Part shown: piece after piece, positions 49,723 to 59,604 of the stretch
Layout: every line of letters begins with the position of its first letter
Numbering within the stretch: position 1 is the first letter of the stretch
Assembly: GCA_037033465.1 (NCBI GenBank)
Contig: JAZBLX010000002.1
Span: 109,299-173,298 of the forward strand
DNA length: 64,000 nucleotides
Source of the DNA: Bacteroidota bacterium
GTDB lineage: Bacteria > Bacteroidota > Bacteroidia > Sphingobacteriales > Sphingobacteriaceae
Direction: 5' to 3'
The notes under the pieces: generated by a model
Databases searched by the model: none
The model's input: only the letters and a program-made list of their open reading frames with translations
Told to the model about the DNA's origin: nothing
Position numbers and translations under genes: made by a program

Positions 49723-52191
49723 CTACTTCCCTGCCGATATAAAATTAAAGAATAACCTTGCTGCACCCACATTACCAGCGGGCAACTGCCTGAAAAATGC
49801 CAGTGGCGAATAGATAAAGTTCCCTTTTCCATATTTCGCATATAAGGTTGATCCCTTTAAGGGCTCCTCTCCGGTATCGTTCATTTCAAAAAGTGCTTCA
49901 TATTTATCATCCCATTTATCCGGGAAATAAGCCCCACGCTCCTGCACCCAGCCATTAAAATCTGTGGCCGTAATCTTATTAGGATAGTTTAAAAGTTTAT
50001 GATTTGGAATCAGAAACTTCAGCGCAGCATTTTCTTCGGTAACTCTTTTTCCGCTAATGCTCAAAGGATAAATACCAAAATCCTGCAGGGCCATATCCTG
50101 AGTGGTATTATACTGCATCACAATTGTACCACCGTTTTCCACGTAGTTTTTTAATGCAGGTTGCCAGTTTTTAATTCGTTTCTCAGTGTTGATTACACGG
50201 ACACCAGTTACCACAGCATCATACGTGGCCAGTTTTGTTGGGTTAAGTATATCAGCTTCTGTTAAGACATCAACCTGCAAACCAGCCTGACGCAGAAACT
50301 CTGGAATCAGGTCTCCTGCGCCCTGAATGTACCCCACTTTCTTTGCCAGTACCTTAATATCACCTTTTAACAACCAGGTAGCCGCGGGAACAAAATATTG
50401 TAAAGATGGTAAATGCGGATATTGGATTAATACCTGTCCTTTACTAAAATTACTATTCTCAGCCGAGAAAACTGCCTCCAGCTTATTCTGACTCGTTTTA
50501 ATTTTCGATAAATCTTCCGCAGGAATTAAAAAATCTTTAATCGTAACTGTATTATCTGGCAAGTTAATTCCGGTGAAGGTTTTAACCGGGGTGTTTCCAA
50601 TTTTGAAAGTTACGCTTCCATAGTTGATGAATTGATTGGCTTTTAACCGCAATGTAACGGTCAAGCCTTCCTTCTCCTTCGCAAAATAAACAGGTTCGGC
50701 AAACGCTAAGTCGAGCGCAGGAACAATTCTGAGCTGCTCTACCACATCACCTTTAACCGGATCTAACTTTTTAAAAGATAGCGGCAGTTTTACGCTAAAT
50801 TTCTCCGTACCGATTTTAAGTGCCAGCGTCACATTTAATCCAGATTCATTTTCAGCCAAACCAATCAAGGTATCATTCACTACACTAAAAGTTGCGGGAT
50901 TCTTCGCAGGTTTTTCCAACCAATAGGGTTCCGTTAAAGCTGTACCTGACGGGATCTGAATTTTACGTTCGATGGTTAACAAAGAATCTCCGGAAACTCT
51001 TCTATTTAAATAATCAGTCTGATTAATCCAGTTTACCTGCTCCAAAATCACTGGGGTAGCTGATCTTGCAATCACATTTAAGCGGAAACTATAACTTTTA
51101 CCGGCAATGGCTTCTGCCTGGTTAGTTACCACCTCCCCCATAAAGCCGGTGCAGCTTAAAATGATATGGTCAATTGCAGCTAATTTATCTTTTCTTAGGT
51201 TTAGGTCTTGCAGCTCCGCAATTTTTTTACGCAACATGAGTAATCCATGTAAACTCTGATCAGGATGGTTGTAATCGAAAGACAAAAGCACAATATCGAT
51301 TAATTCATCCAGATCATTAACGCCTTTTTCAGACCAATTCATGGGAATTCTATCGAACAGTGAAACCTTAGCCGGATCGCCTAAAACAGGTATAAAATAT
51401 TCTGTTCTTACCCCAGCTAACGATTGTGTACCTGCACCCTGACTTTTATGTAAACTTCTGCTTAAACCTGCCAGTTCACCGTAACCCATTCCCAGTTGGG
51501 CATCATACTGACCAACGTTTGCCTTCAACTGGCTTTCTGCGGTGGTATTTACCGAGCCAAAACGGAAGGTATTCCAAACCAATCTTTTCGGCTGCCAAAT
51601 ATTAACATATTTGAGCTGGCCTGGAAAAGCATTTCTATCTCCGGCTAGTTTAAAAGCCTTTTCTGCCACCACTGCAGAAGCAGCATGTTGTCCGTGCCCT
51701 GCCGCAGCTGTTGGCGGGAACCTGCAGATAATCACGTCTGGTCTGAATTTTCTAATTACCCAAACCACATCAGCCGTTATGCTATCTGCATCCCATTGTT
51801 TAAAGGTATCATCCGTATTTTTGGAAAAGCCAAAATCAATAGCACGCGTAAAAAACTGCTGTGCACCATCCAGTTTACGGGCTTCTAAAAGTTCATGCGT
51901 TCTGATCAAACCCAAGGCAGCACCTTGTTCAGTGCCTAAGAGGTTTTGTCCGCCATCACCCCTGGTAAGCGATAGATACCCTGTTTCTACGTTTTGCTCA
52001 TTAATTAACCACGAAAGCAAGCCTGTATTTTCATCATCCGGGTGAGCTGCTAAATAAAGCACCTTCGGAAGGTGCTTTAGCGTTTTCAGTTCACGATAAA
52101 TTTCTGAGGATTTTGATGGCCGTACTTGTTGGGCCGAGCAAAAACTCACAAAAATACCGAGGATGAATATAAGAGTTAGTCTTTTGAACAT
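49723..52191 (-). CDS. PIG-L/LmbE-family deacetylase fused to large C-terminal domains (last one ThuA/GATase1-like)
   Basis: 822 aa with a signal peptide and the zinc motif AHPDDE. C-terminal VGYIQGAGD......AG..V..L..........YDAVV.G.R. Confidence 0.75.
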   Translation of the reverse strand: MFKRLTLIFILGIFVSFCSAQQVRPSKSSEIYRELKTLKHLPKVLYLAAHPDDENTGLLSWLINEQNVETGYLSLTRGDGGQNLLGTEQGAALGLIRTHELLEARKLDGAQQFFTRAIDFGFSKNTDDTFKQWDADSITADVVWVIRKFRPDVIICRFPPTAAAGHGQHAASAVVAEKAFKLAGDRNAFPGQLKYVNIWQPKRLVWNTFRFGSVNTTAESQLKANVGQYDAQLGMGYGELAGLSRSLHKSQGAGTQSLAGVRTEYFIPVLGDPAKVSLFDRIPMNWSEKGVNDLDELIDIVLLSFDYNHPDQSLHGLLMLRKKIAELQDLNLRKDKLAAIDHIILSCTGFMGEVVTNQAEAIAGKSYSFRLNVIARSATPVILEQVNWINQTDYLNRRVSGDSLLTIERKIQIPSGTALTEPYWLEKPAKNPATFSVVNDTLIGLAENESGLNVTLALKIGTEKFSVKLPLSFKKLDPVKGDVVEQLRIVPALDLAFAEPVYFAKEKEGLTVTLRLKANQFINYGSVTFKIGNTPVKTFTGINLPDNTVTIKDFLIPAEDLSKIKTSQNKLEAVFSAENSNFSKGQVLIQYPHLPSLQYFVPAATWLLKGDIKVLAKKVGYIQGAGDLIPEFLRQAGLQVDVLTEADILNPTKLATYDAVVTGVRVINTEKRIKNWQPALKNYVENGGTIVMQYNTTQDMALQDFGIYPLSISGKRVTEENAALKFLIPNHKLLNYPNKITATDFNGWVQERGAYFPDKWDDKYEALFEMNDTGEEPLKGSTLYAKYGKGNFIYSPLAFFRQLPAGNVGAARLFFNFISAGK

Positions 52192-52268
52192 AGCATTTGG
52201 TTTATGAAGCCAAATATGCTTAAAAAGGATTTATTTAAAGCGGCCGTAAGCGAAAAAGTACATAAAGC

Positions 52269-53375
52269 TTACGCGCCCTGCTTAAAAAGCGATTCCAGCA
52301 GACGGATATAGAGGGTTATTCCCTCTTCAATTTCTTCGATGTAAACAAATTCATCCGCTGTATGGGATCTTGCTGATTCTCCGGGCCCCATCTTTACTGA
52401 TGGCATATCCAACCAACCCTGATCTGAACTGGTGGGCGATAAATAGGTTTTTCTGCCTAAACTTATGCCTGCTACCACAATAGGATGCAATAAATCGATA
52501 TGGGATGGCTGCAAAATATTCGGACGCACATTGAAACCCGAAATCGTGTGGTTAATAATGGTATTGAGGATCTCTCTGGAAGTATAATTATGATCGAACC
52601 GGATATCTACTGTAAAATGGCAACAGCCGGGAACAATGTTATGTTGCATGCCTGCATCTATTTGCGTTACGCTCATTTTTACAGGTTGCGGCGCGCCATC
52701 TTCAATTGGAAACCGATAGCTCGAAAACCAGGCGATATCTCTCATCGCTTTATAAATTGCATTGTCTCCTTCTTCTCTGGCAGCATGGCCTGAACGACCT
52801 TTCGCAGTACAATCTATCACCATAGAACCTTTTTCAGCAATTGCCATTTGCATGTTTGTAGGTTCACCAACAATGGCAAAAGAAATTGGTTTCAACTCCT
52901 CAAGAATAAATTTAATTCCGTTTCCACCTGAAGTTTCCTCTTCCGCTGTTGCGGCCAAACAAAGATTAAAAGGCAAATCTTCTACAGCATAAAAGTAGAC
53001 AAATGTAGAGATTAACGACACTAAAGCGGCACCGGCATCATTGCTCCCGAGGCCATAAAACTTATCATCGTATACCACTGCCGCAAACGGGTCACGCGTA
53101 TATTGCTCGTTTGGTTTTACGGTATCGTGATGCGAATTGAGTAAAATGGTTGGCTTATGCTGATCAAAAAACTTATTGTAACACCACACATTATTTTGTT
53201 TCCGAATGATGTTAATCTGATGTTTCCTTAAATGCGATTCGATCTCATCGGCAGTTTTGTCTTCAGCACCGCTGAAAGAAGGAATACTGATTAAAGTAGT
53301 CAGAAGGTTGATTGCCTCATTGTAAAGCAGATTTAAATCGGGCGCTGTCGCGACCTGTTGATCTGAAATATTCAT
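52269..53375 (-). CDS. M20-family metallohydrolase (acetylornithine deacetylase ArgE-like)
   Basis: 368 aa. LNSHHDTV, SNDAG, EEETSG and HTADE metal/catalytic-like motifs. Confidence 0.75.
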   Translation of the reverse strand: MNISDQQVATAPDLNLLYNEAINLLTTLISIPSFSGAEDKTADEIESHLRKHQINIIRKQNNVWCYNKFFDQHKPTILLNSHHDTVKPNEQYTRDPFAAVVYDDKFYGLGSNDAGAALVSLISTFVYFYAVEDLPFNLCLAATAEEETSGGNGIKFILEELKPISFAIVGEPTNMQMAIAEKGSMVIDCTAKGRSGHAAREEGDNAIYKAMRDIAWFSSYRFPIEDGAPQPVKMSVTQIDAGMQHNIVPGCCHFTVDIRFDHNYTSREILNTIINHTISGFNVRPNILQPSHIDLLHPIVVAGISLGRKTYLSPTSSDQGWLDMPSVKMGPGESARSHTADEFVYIEEIEEGITLYIRLLESLFKQGA

Positions 53376-53386
53376 GGTAAATTAGT

Positions 53387-53992
53387 TTAATGGATTGCTA
53401 ATGAATGTTGTTTTTTCTCTCTTGAAGCAGTTTGCGCAATGAGCTGATCAATGTGTTGTGGATCAAATAACATCGCCGTACACAGGCAGTTGCAACGCTT
53501 TTTTCTTTCCAGGATATCAAAGTTGGTACAGCTTGCACAACCTGCCCAAAAGGCTTCGTCTGTAGTAATCTGATCAAAAGTTACGGGCTCAAAACCTAGT
53601 TGACTATTCATTTTCATGATTGCTGCACCAGAGGTGATGCTAAATATTTTTGCATGAGGGAATTGACGGCGGGACAGGTTAAAAATTCGGTTTTTAATGG
53701 ATTTGGCTACACCGGAATTCCTGAACTTTGGCTTTACAATTAATCCGGAATTAGAGATAAAGTTCCCATTTTCCCAGGTTTCAAAATAGGAGAAACCTAC
53801 CCACTCGCCATCACTGGTTAAGGCAATTACGCCTTTGCCTGCTTCCATCTTTTCGATAATCGATTCGGGCGTTCTTTTAGAGATCCCAGATCCCCTGATG
53901 ATTGCGGAGTTCAGGGTTTCATTCACAATTTCAGCAGTGTAAATCGCATCTTCCTTTGTTGCAATGCGAACAAATATTATTGGATTATTCAT
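53387..53992 (-). CDS. GNAT-family N-acetyltransferase with a Cys-rich C-terminal extension
   Basis: 201 aa. GNAT core (R.SGVAK), then CASCTNFDILERKKRCNCLC. 11 nt upstream of the M20 gene. Confidence 0.7.
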   Translation of the reverse strand: MNNPIIFVRIATKEDAIYTAEIVNETLNSAIIRGSGISKRTPESIIEKMEAGKGVIALTSDGEWVGFSYFETWENGNFISNSGLIVKPKFRNSGVAKSIKNRIFNLSRRQFPHAKIFSITSGAAIMKMNSQLGFEPVTFDQITTDEAFWAGCASCTNFDILERKKRCNCLCTAMLFDPQHIDQLIAQTASREKKQHSLAIH

Positions 53993-54276
53993 TTTTATTT
54001 AAATTTCATAACCCACCTATACAAAGCAAATGCCTCGCAACAAGTAAACACGTAATAAACTGATTATCTAACAATTAAATATACTAAACAACAATTTAAA
54101 TGATTAGCTGGATTATAAAACACACCAAAATGAAAAGCTTTTTCTCATTATGATTGGGTGTTGCACAGATTACCCGCAAAGAATCGGCTCGAACGATAAA
54201 AATGCACAATAGATTATATCGTTATTGCTGTTGATTCGTTTTTTTTATCCTTAATATTGCAACTTATTTCCAACCT

Positions 54277-55614
54277 ATGAACGGGATCATCCTCATCATT
54301 GATGATGAAAAAAAAATCAGCAGTTTACTCTCCAGAATAATTGAGTTAGAGGGTTTTAAAACATTGCAGGCGGCTACAGGTAAAGAGGGTTTGAAACTCC
54401 TTAAAAATAACGATGTAAGCATTGTTATCAGTGATGTAAAACTGCCCGATGTGAATGGCGTGGCAATGGTAAAAGACATAAAATTACTGAAACCCTATGT
54501 AGAAGTGATTAATCTTACCGCTTACGGAACAATTTCTGATGGTGTTCTAGCCATCAAAAACGGCGCCTTTGATTACCTGGTGAAAGGTGATGATAACGAT
54601 AAAATTATTCCCTTACTCTACAAAGCCATTGAAAAAGCCAATCTGCAACAAAGAGTGGCAGAATTATCACAGAAGATTGCGGGCAAACACCAATTCAATA
54701 CCATCATTGGGCAATCGAAGAAACTAAACGAAGCCATTGATTTAGCTAAGAGGGTAAGTCAAACTGATACCACCGTTTTGCTTTTAGGTGAAACCGGAAC
54801 AGGAAAAGAAGTTTTTGCACAATCCATTCATTATGAAAGCCCGCGGGCAGCCAAGCCTTTTGTAGCCTTGAACTGTAGTGGCTTTAGTCCTGATTTACTG
54901 GAAAGTGAATTATTTGGTTACAAGGCTGGTGCTTTTACCGGCGCCAATAAAGATAAAAAAGGCTTATTGGAAGAGGCCAACGGCGGAACACTTTTTCTGG
55001 ATGAAATTGGTGAAATGAACCTCGATTTACAAGCCAAACTCTTGCGGGTACTGGAAAACCAAAGTTTTATCAAGGTTGGGGATACACACACGCAGCAGGT
55101 AAATGTCCGTATTCTCGCAGCCACCAATAAAGATTTAAAAGCAGACGCAGCATCTGGAAAGTTCCGTTCTGATTTGTATTACCGCCTTTCAGTTTTTACG
55201 ATTATGCTTCCGCCGCTGCGGGAACGTAAAGCCGATATTTCAATGTTGGCGAAGTACTATCTTAAAGAATATGCTACTAAATCCAACCGGACTTCACTTC
55301 ACCTCGATGATAAAATTCTGGATATTTTTGAAAAATATCAGTGGCGTGGCAACATCAGGGAACTCAAAAACGTGATGGAACGTTTGGTCATCTTATCTGA
55401 TGGAGATGAGCTGAACCTATCAGTATTGCCGCCGGAGTTTTTTGAATTCGCGCCTGTTCCAAATAATTTTAACCTTCAACAGGTAGAAAAACAACACATT
55501 CAAAAAGTACTGGTCCATACGAAAGGCAATAAAACGGAAACTTCCAGATTATTGGGAATTGGACTGACGACACTTTATCGTAAAATAGAAGAATACGGGA
55601 TTTTGGAAATTTAA
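54277..55614 (+). CDS. Sigma-54-dependent response regulator (NtrC family)
   Basis: Receiver domain (IIDDE...VISDVKLPD), AAA+ domain with GETGTGKE and GAFTGA, C-terminal Fis-type HTH. Confidence 0.92.
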   Translation: MNGIILIIDDEKKISSLLSRIIELEGFKTLQAATGKEGLKLLKNNDVSIVISDVKLPDVNGVAMVKDIKLLKPYVEVINLTAYGTISDGVLAIKNGAFDYLVKGDDNDKIIPLLYKAIEKANLQQRVAELSQKIAGKHQFNTIIGQSKKLNEAIDLAKRVSQTDTTVLLLGETGTGKEVFAQSIHYESPRAAKPFVALNCSGFSPDLLESELFGYKAGAFTGANKDKKGLLEEANGGTLFLDEIGEMNLDLQAKLLRVLENQSFIKVGDTHTQQVNVRILAATNKDLKADAASGKFRSDLYYRLSVFTIMLPPLRERKADISMLAKYYLKEYATKSNRTSLHLDDKILDIFEKYQWRGNIRELKNVMERLVILSDGDELNLSVLPPEFFEFAPVPNNFNLQQVEKQHIQKVLVHTKGNKTETSRLLGIGLTTLYRKIEEYGILEI

Positions 55615-55670
55615 TATTAAAAATTTCGTTATATATTTTAACATATCCTAACAATTATTTTTTAAAACTT

Positions 55671-57251
55671 ATGCATAAATACATTCTAACTTTATTATTA
55701 TCAACACTATCTTTTTCCATTTTTGCCCAGGAAAACTACTTCCAGCAAAAATTAACGTACAATATTGATGTCACTTTAAATGATAAGAATAAATCGTTAA
55801 AAGGTTCGGAAACCATTATTTATAAGAATAATTCCCCATCAACACTCGATTTTATCTGGTTTCACATCTGGCCAAATGCCTATAAAAATGAATCGACTGC
55901 GCTTTTTAAGCAGATTAGAAACGATACCTCCCGCAAGGAAAAACTGAAAAATGTAACTTATGGCAGCATAGACAGGTTGAACTTTAAAGTGAATGGCAAA
56001 TCAGCCAGAACGGAAGCACATCCAAATCCTGAATATATTGATATCATTAAAGTTTTATTGCCAAATCCGTTAAAATCCGGAGATTCTATTTCCATCTCAA
56101 CAGATTTCAATGTTCAACTTCCAAGTTATTTTTCGCGTTCAGGTTATGCAGATACAGAATTTATGATCACGCAATGGTATCCAAAACCAGCAGTGTTCGA
56201 TAGAAATGGCTGGCATGAATTTCCATACCTGGATATGGGCGAATTTTACAGCGAATATGCAGATTACAAGGTAAACATTACCCTTCCTTCTGCCTACGTA
56301 GTGGGCGCAACGGGCACATTACAAAATGCTGATGAGCTAAAAGCATATAAATCTATAGGCCTAAAAAACACGGCTAATCGCAGCAATCAGCCAACAATTT
56401 ACAGTCCTATTCAAAAATCAGAGAATAAAACGCTTACTTATTCCATTCGTAATGTACCGGATTTCGCATGGTTTGCGGATAAAGATCTTGTTATTCAATA
56501 CGATACTGTTCAATTGGCATCGGGCAAAGTTGTTGATGCTTTCAGCTATTACCACAACAAGAAGAATACGCTTTGGGTAAACAGTATTGATTACATTAAA
56601 GATGCCACCAAAAAATATAGTCAGTGGATTGGTGAATACGAATATCCGGTGGTACAAGCCATAGAAGGGCCGAAAAATAATGCCAGTGGAGGGATGGAAT
56701 ATCCTACAATTACCCTGATTACCAGTCCGGATGCAAAAAAGGAAACCTTAGATGGCGTGATCACACATGAGGTTGGCCACAACTGGTTCATGAGTATGCT
56801 TGGCAGTAATGAAAGAATCCATACCTGGCAGGATGAAGGCTTCAATACTTTTTATCAGTTTAGATACGAAGCAGAGAAGTACAAATCAAATTCTATTTTC
56901 GGCGATGCCATCCCCGAGAAAATTAAAGCTTTACCTACCGATCAGTTTCTATCCAGCATTTACGGTGCATTAGCAAATGTGCCAATGGAATCTGCAATTG
57001 AAACCCCTGCGGCGGATTTCAAAACCTCGGAAGAGTATGGCCTGATTTCTTATGCTAAAACGGCATTATGGCTATACCTTTTGCAGTCACAAATCGGACA
57101 GGAAAAGTTCGACAAAGCATTTCAGGATTATTTTAAAGAGTGGAAAAATAAACACCCTACCCCTGCCGATTTTAAAGCATCCATGGAGAAATCTCTCGGT
57201 ACTAAATTAGATAAGTATTTCGCTTTGTTAAATCAGAAAGGGAAGTTTTAG
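55671..57251 (+). CDS. M1-family zinc metallopeptidase, secreted
   Basis: 526 aa with a signal peptide. HEVGHNWF plus downstream WQDEGF (HExxH-x18-E). Confidence 0.85.
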   Translation: MHKYILTLLLSTLSFSIFAQENYFQQKLTYNIDVTLNDKNKSLKGSETIIYKNNSPSTLDFIWFHIWPNAYKNESTALFKQIRNDTSRKEKLKNVTYGSIDRLNFKVNGKSARTEAHPNPEYIDIIKVLLPNPLKSGDSISISTDFNVQLPSYFSRSGYADTEFMITQWYPKPAVFDRNGWHEFPYLDMGEFYSEYADYKVNITLPSAYVVGATGTLQNADELKAYKSIGLKNTANRSNQPTIYSPIQKSENKTLTYSIRNVPDFAWFADKDLVIQYDTVQLASGKVVDAFSYYHNKKNTLWVNSIDYIKDATKKYSQWIGEYEYPVVQAIEGPKNNASGGMEYPTITLITSPDAKKETLDGVITHEVGHNWFMSMLGSNERIHTWQDEGFNTFYQFRYEAEKYKSNSIFGDAIPEKIKALPTDQFLSSIYGALANVPMESAIETPAADFKTSEEYGLISYAKTALWLYLLQSQIGQEKFDKAFQDYFKEWKNKHPTPADFKASMEKSLGTKLDKYFALLNQKGKF

Positions 57252-57289
57252 TTTATCATAATATTTTAACCTATCCTCCGAAACGATAA

Positions 57290-57318
57290 AAACCCTTCCA
57301 AAACGGAAGGGTTTTTTT
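57290..57318 (+). terminator. Intrinsic terminator after the M1 peptidase gene
   Basis: CCCTTCC (57293-99) pairs with GGAAGGG (57305-11), followed by T7. Confidence 0.88.
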
Positions 57319-57524
57319 ATGCCTAAAATTTCGATTGCTACCAGAAACAAGAACAAACTGCACCTAATCAACCAGTTACAAAAAAGCAGGTATCAGCGGC
57401 ACAAGAGTTGGCAACAGGCATTTCATAAATCAATAAGTTATGACAATTATCCTGTTTCTCCTTTTAATCCTGCTCTGCTGGGCAACTTACCTCTCTATCG
57501 ATTGGTTCGAAAAAATCTAAGAAA

Positions 57525-57602
57525 ATGTTAGCACTATCTATCATCGCAATCGCCGTATTTATCTATATGATTTACGTGTTGATTAAACCAGAAAAATTTT
57601 AA
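57525..57602 (+). CDS. kdpF: K+-transporting ATPase subunit F
   Basis: 25-aa ORF below the track cutoff: MLALSIIAIAVFIYMIYVLIKPEKF. One TM helix, the typical KdpF C-terminus, and a position upstream of kdpA. Confidence 0.7.
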   Translation: MLALSIIAIAVFIYMIYVLIKPEKF

Positions 57603-57607
57603 CACAA

Positions 57608-57768
57608 AAATGGAAAGAGAAATTGAAAGCCGGAAATTGAAAATAGGAAACGGATAATAGCCAATAAGAAAACTAAGAAATGGCTCAACACCTATATTCC
57701 ATTTTCTAAAATCTACTTCCTCTTCCCTGAAATTTATTTCCTACATCAAAAATCTGCTTCTCTTTAAA
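57608..57768 (+). repeat. Heptamer-phased purine-arm/pyrimidine-arm element in the kdpF-kdpA spacer (about 23 units)
   Basis: AAATGGA AAGAGAA ATTGAAA GCCGGAA ATTGAAA ATAGGAA ACGGATA ATAGCCA ATAAGAA AACTAAG AAATGGC | TCAACAC CTATATT CCATTTT CTAAAAT CTACTTC CTCTTCC CTGAAAT TTATTTC CTACATC AAAAATC TGCTTCT. Confidence 0.8.
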
Positions 57769-57779
57769 AAACAAAAACA

Positions 57780-59498
57780 ATGAACACTGAATTAACCGGC
57801 ATTATTGCCACCTTTCTGCTCACCTTAGTTATAGCCATCCCTTTGGGGAAATATTTGGCAAAGGTTTTTGCAGGAGAAAAAGTCTGGACAGACTTTTTAA
57901 AACCATTAGAAAACATTATCTATAAGCTTTCAGGCATCAATGTGAAGGAACAGATGAACTGGAAACAACAATTAAAAGCATTGCTCACCCTTAACCTATT
58001 GTGGCTGATTTATGGTTTTTTTGTTTTAATTTTTCAAGATAAACTGCCTTTTAATCCCGATGGAAATCCAGGCATGACGCCCGATCTGGCTTTCAATACG
58101 ATCGTTAGTTTTGTAGCCAATTGTAACCTTCAACACTATTCTGGCGAAAGTGGCGTAAGCTACCTTACCCAGCAATTCGTACTGATGTTTCTACAATTTG
58201 TAAGTGCTGCTACCGGGATTGCGGCAGCAGTGGTTTTATTTAAAGCTTTTAGAGATAAAACAGCTACACAGCTTGGTAACTTCTGGGAGTTTTTTGTTAA
58301 AGCAATTACCCGCTTATTATTGCCTCTATCAATAGTGATTGCCTTAATATTAACATTTAATGGTACACCAGCAAGTTATGAAGGCAAAGACCAGTTCATT
58401 TCTATGCAGGGCGATACCGTAAATGTTTCCCGCGGTCCGGCGGCACAGCTAATTGCCATAAAACATTTGGGAACGAATGGTGGTGGGTATTTTGGTGCCA
58501 ATTCTGCCCACCCATTCGAAAACCCAAGCTACTTAACCAATATGGTGGAAATGATTGCACAGACCATCATTCCGATTGCCATGATCATCGCTTTTGGCTA
58601 CTTCATCCGCAGAAAAAAATTAGCATGGACCATCTTTGGGGTGATGACGATTGGCTTATTTATGCTGATGATTCCAGCCATCACTTCCGAGTTAGCTGGA
58701 AATCCAGCCTTGGCAAAAATGGGAATCTCACAAGCAACAGGCGCGATGGAGGGGAAAGAAGTACGATTCGGTCCTGCGGCAACGGCTTACTGGAGCACAT
58801 TAACGACCGTAATTTCTACAGGTTCGGTGAATGGGATGCACGACAGTACTATGCCATTAACGGGCTTATGGCAACTGCTCGCCATGATGATTAATGCCAT
58901 TTACGGTGGCTGCGGTGTTGGTTTGCTAAATTATTTTGTCTACCTGATTATTGCCGTATTCATTTCAGGATTAATGGTGGGTAGAACCCCAGAATTTTTA
59001 GGGCATAAAGTAGAAGCAAGAGAAATCAAAATTGCCGCCATCATCACTTTGTTAAGTCCATTTTTAATCTTAGCGGGAACAGCAATCGCCACTTATGTTT
59101 TTACTAATCATGGCGATGCAGCCTGGGCGGTTCAACCGAAAGCCTGGTTAAACAATCGAGCCTTTCATGGCTTCTCCGAAATGCTTTACGAGGTTACTTC
59201 TTCAAATGCAAACAACGGCTCTGGTTTTGAAGGGCTCGGCGACAATAACGTATTTTGGAACGTGTTGACAGGTGTAATTATCTTCCTCGGACGCTTCCTG
59301 CCTATTATCGGTCCGGTGGCAATTGCAGGTTTGTTAGGAAGCAAAAAATTCATTCCTGAATCGGCTGGTACTTTAAAAACCGACACGAAAACTTTTGCAC
59401 TGATGACATTCGCCGTGATCCTGGTATTAACCGCATTGTCTTATTTCCCTGCGCTCGCCTTAGGCCCGATTGCAGAATATTTTACTATGCTTAAATAA
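57780..59498 (+). CDS. kdpA: K+-transporting ATPase subunit A
   Basis: 572 aa polytopic protein with KdpA selectivity-filter-like GTNGGG. Confidence 0.93.
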   Translation: MNTELTGIIATFLLTLVIAIPLGKYLAKVFAGEKVWTDFLKPLENIIYKLSGINVKEQMNWKQQLKALLTLNLLWLIYGFFVLIFQDKLPFNPDGNPGMTPDLAFNTIVSFVANCNLQHYSGESGVSYLTQQFVLMFLQFVSAATGIAAAVVLFKAFRDKTATQLGNFWEFFVKAITRLLLPLSIVIALILTFNGTPASYEGKDQFISMQGDTVNVSRGPAAQLIAIKHLGTNGGGYFGANSAHPFENPSYLTNMVEMIAQTIIPIAMIIAFGYFIRRKKLAWTIFGVMTIGLFMLMIPAITSELAGNPALAKMGISQATGAMEGKEVRFGPAATAYWSTLTTVISTGSVNGMHDSTMPLTGLWQLLAMMINAIYGGCGVGLLNYFVYLIIAVFISGLMVGRTPEFLGHKVEAREIKIAAIITLLSPFLILAGTAIATYVFTNHGDAAWAVQPKAWLNNRAFHGFSEMLYEVTSSNANNGSGFEGLGDNNVFWNVLTGVIIFLGRFLPIIGPVAIAGLLGSKKFIPESAGTLKTDTKTFALMTFAVILVLTALSYFPALALGPIAEYFTMLK

Positions 59499-59517
59499 AT
59501 TCTGAAGCCGAGTTAAG

Positions 59518-59550
59518 CTTTCTTAATCCGAGATTCTATTAAGAAAGTTT
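59518..59550 (+). other. Perfect 10-bp stem-loop followed by TTT inside the kdpA-kdpB spacer
   Basis: CTTTCTTAAT (59518-27) pairs with ATTAAGAAAG (59538-47), with a 10-nt loop. Possible attenuator or processing hairpin. Confidence 0.4.
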
Positions 59551-59572
59551 AGCCTGACCGATTTGAAAAATT

Positions 59573-59604
59573 AATCTGTGAAATCATTTTAAATCTGTGA
59601 GATC
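59573..59604 (+). repeat. Two direct copies of the AATCTGTGNAATC-type motif (orphan copy of the GxxExxY-flank motif)
   Basis: AATCTGTGAAATC (59573-85) is the exact reverse complement of GATTTCACAGATT at 24811-23. The second copy is AATCTGTGAGATC at 59592-604. Confidence 0.7.

Noticed and set aside
57397-57413. Sigma-54 -24/-12-like sequence cGGCACaagagTTGgCA upstream of kdpF
   Set aside because: The GG-to-GC spacing is 11 nt instead of the near-invariant 10, equivalent to TTGG in place of TTGC at -12. It is kept only as a hypothesis in the findings, not annotated.
57319-57531. 70-aa ORF in the kdp leader region
   Set aside because: It starts inside the terminator T-run of the upstream gene, is highly basic and low-complexity, and overlaps the kdpF start. 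It is more likely untranslated leader.
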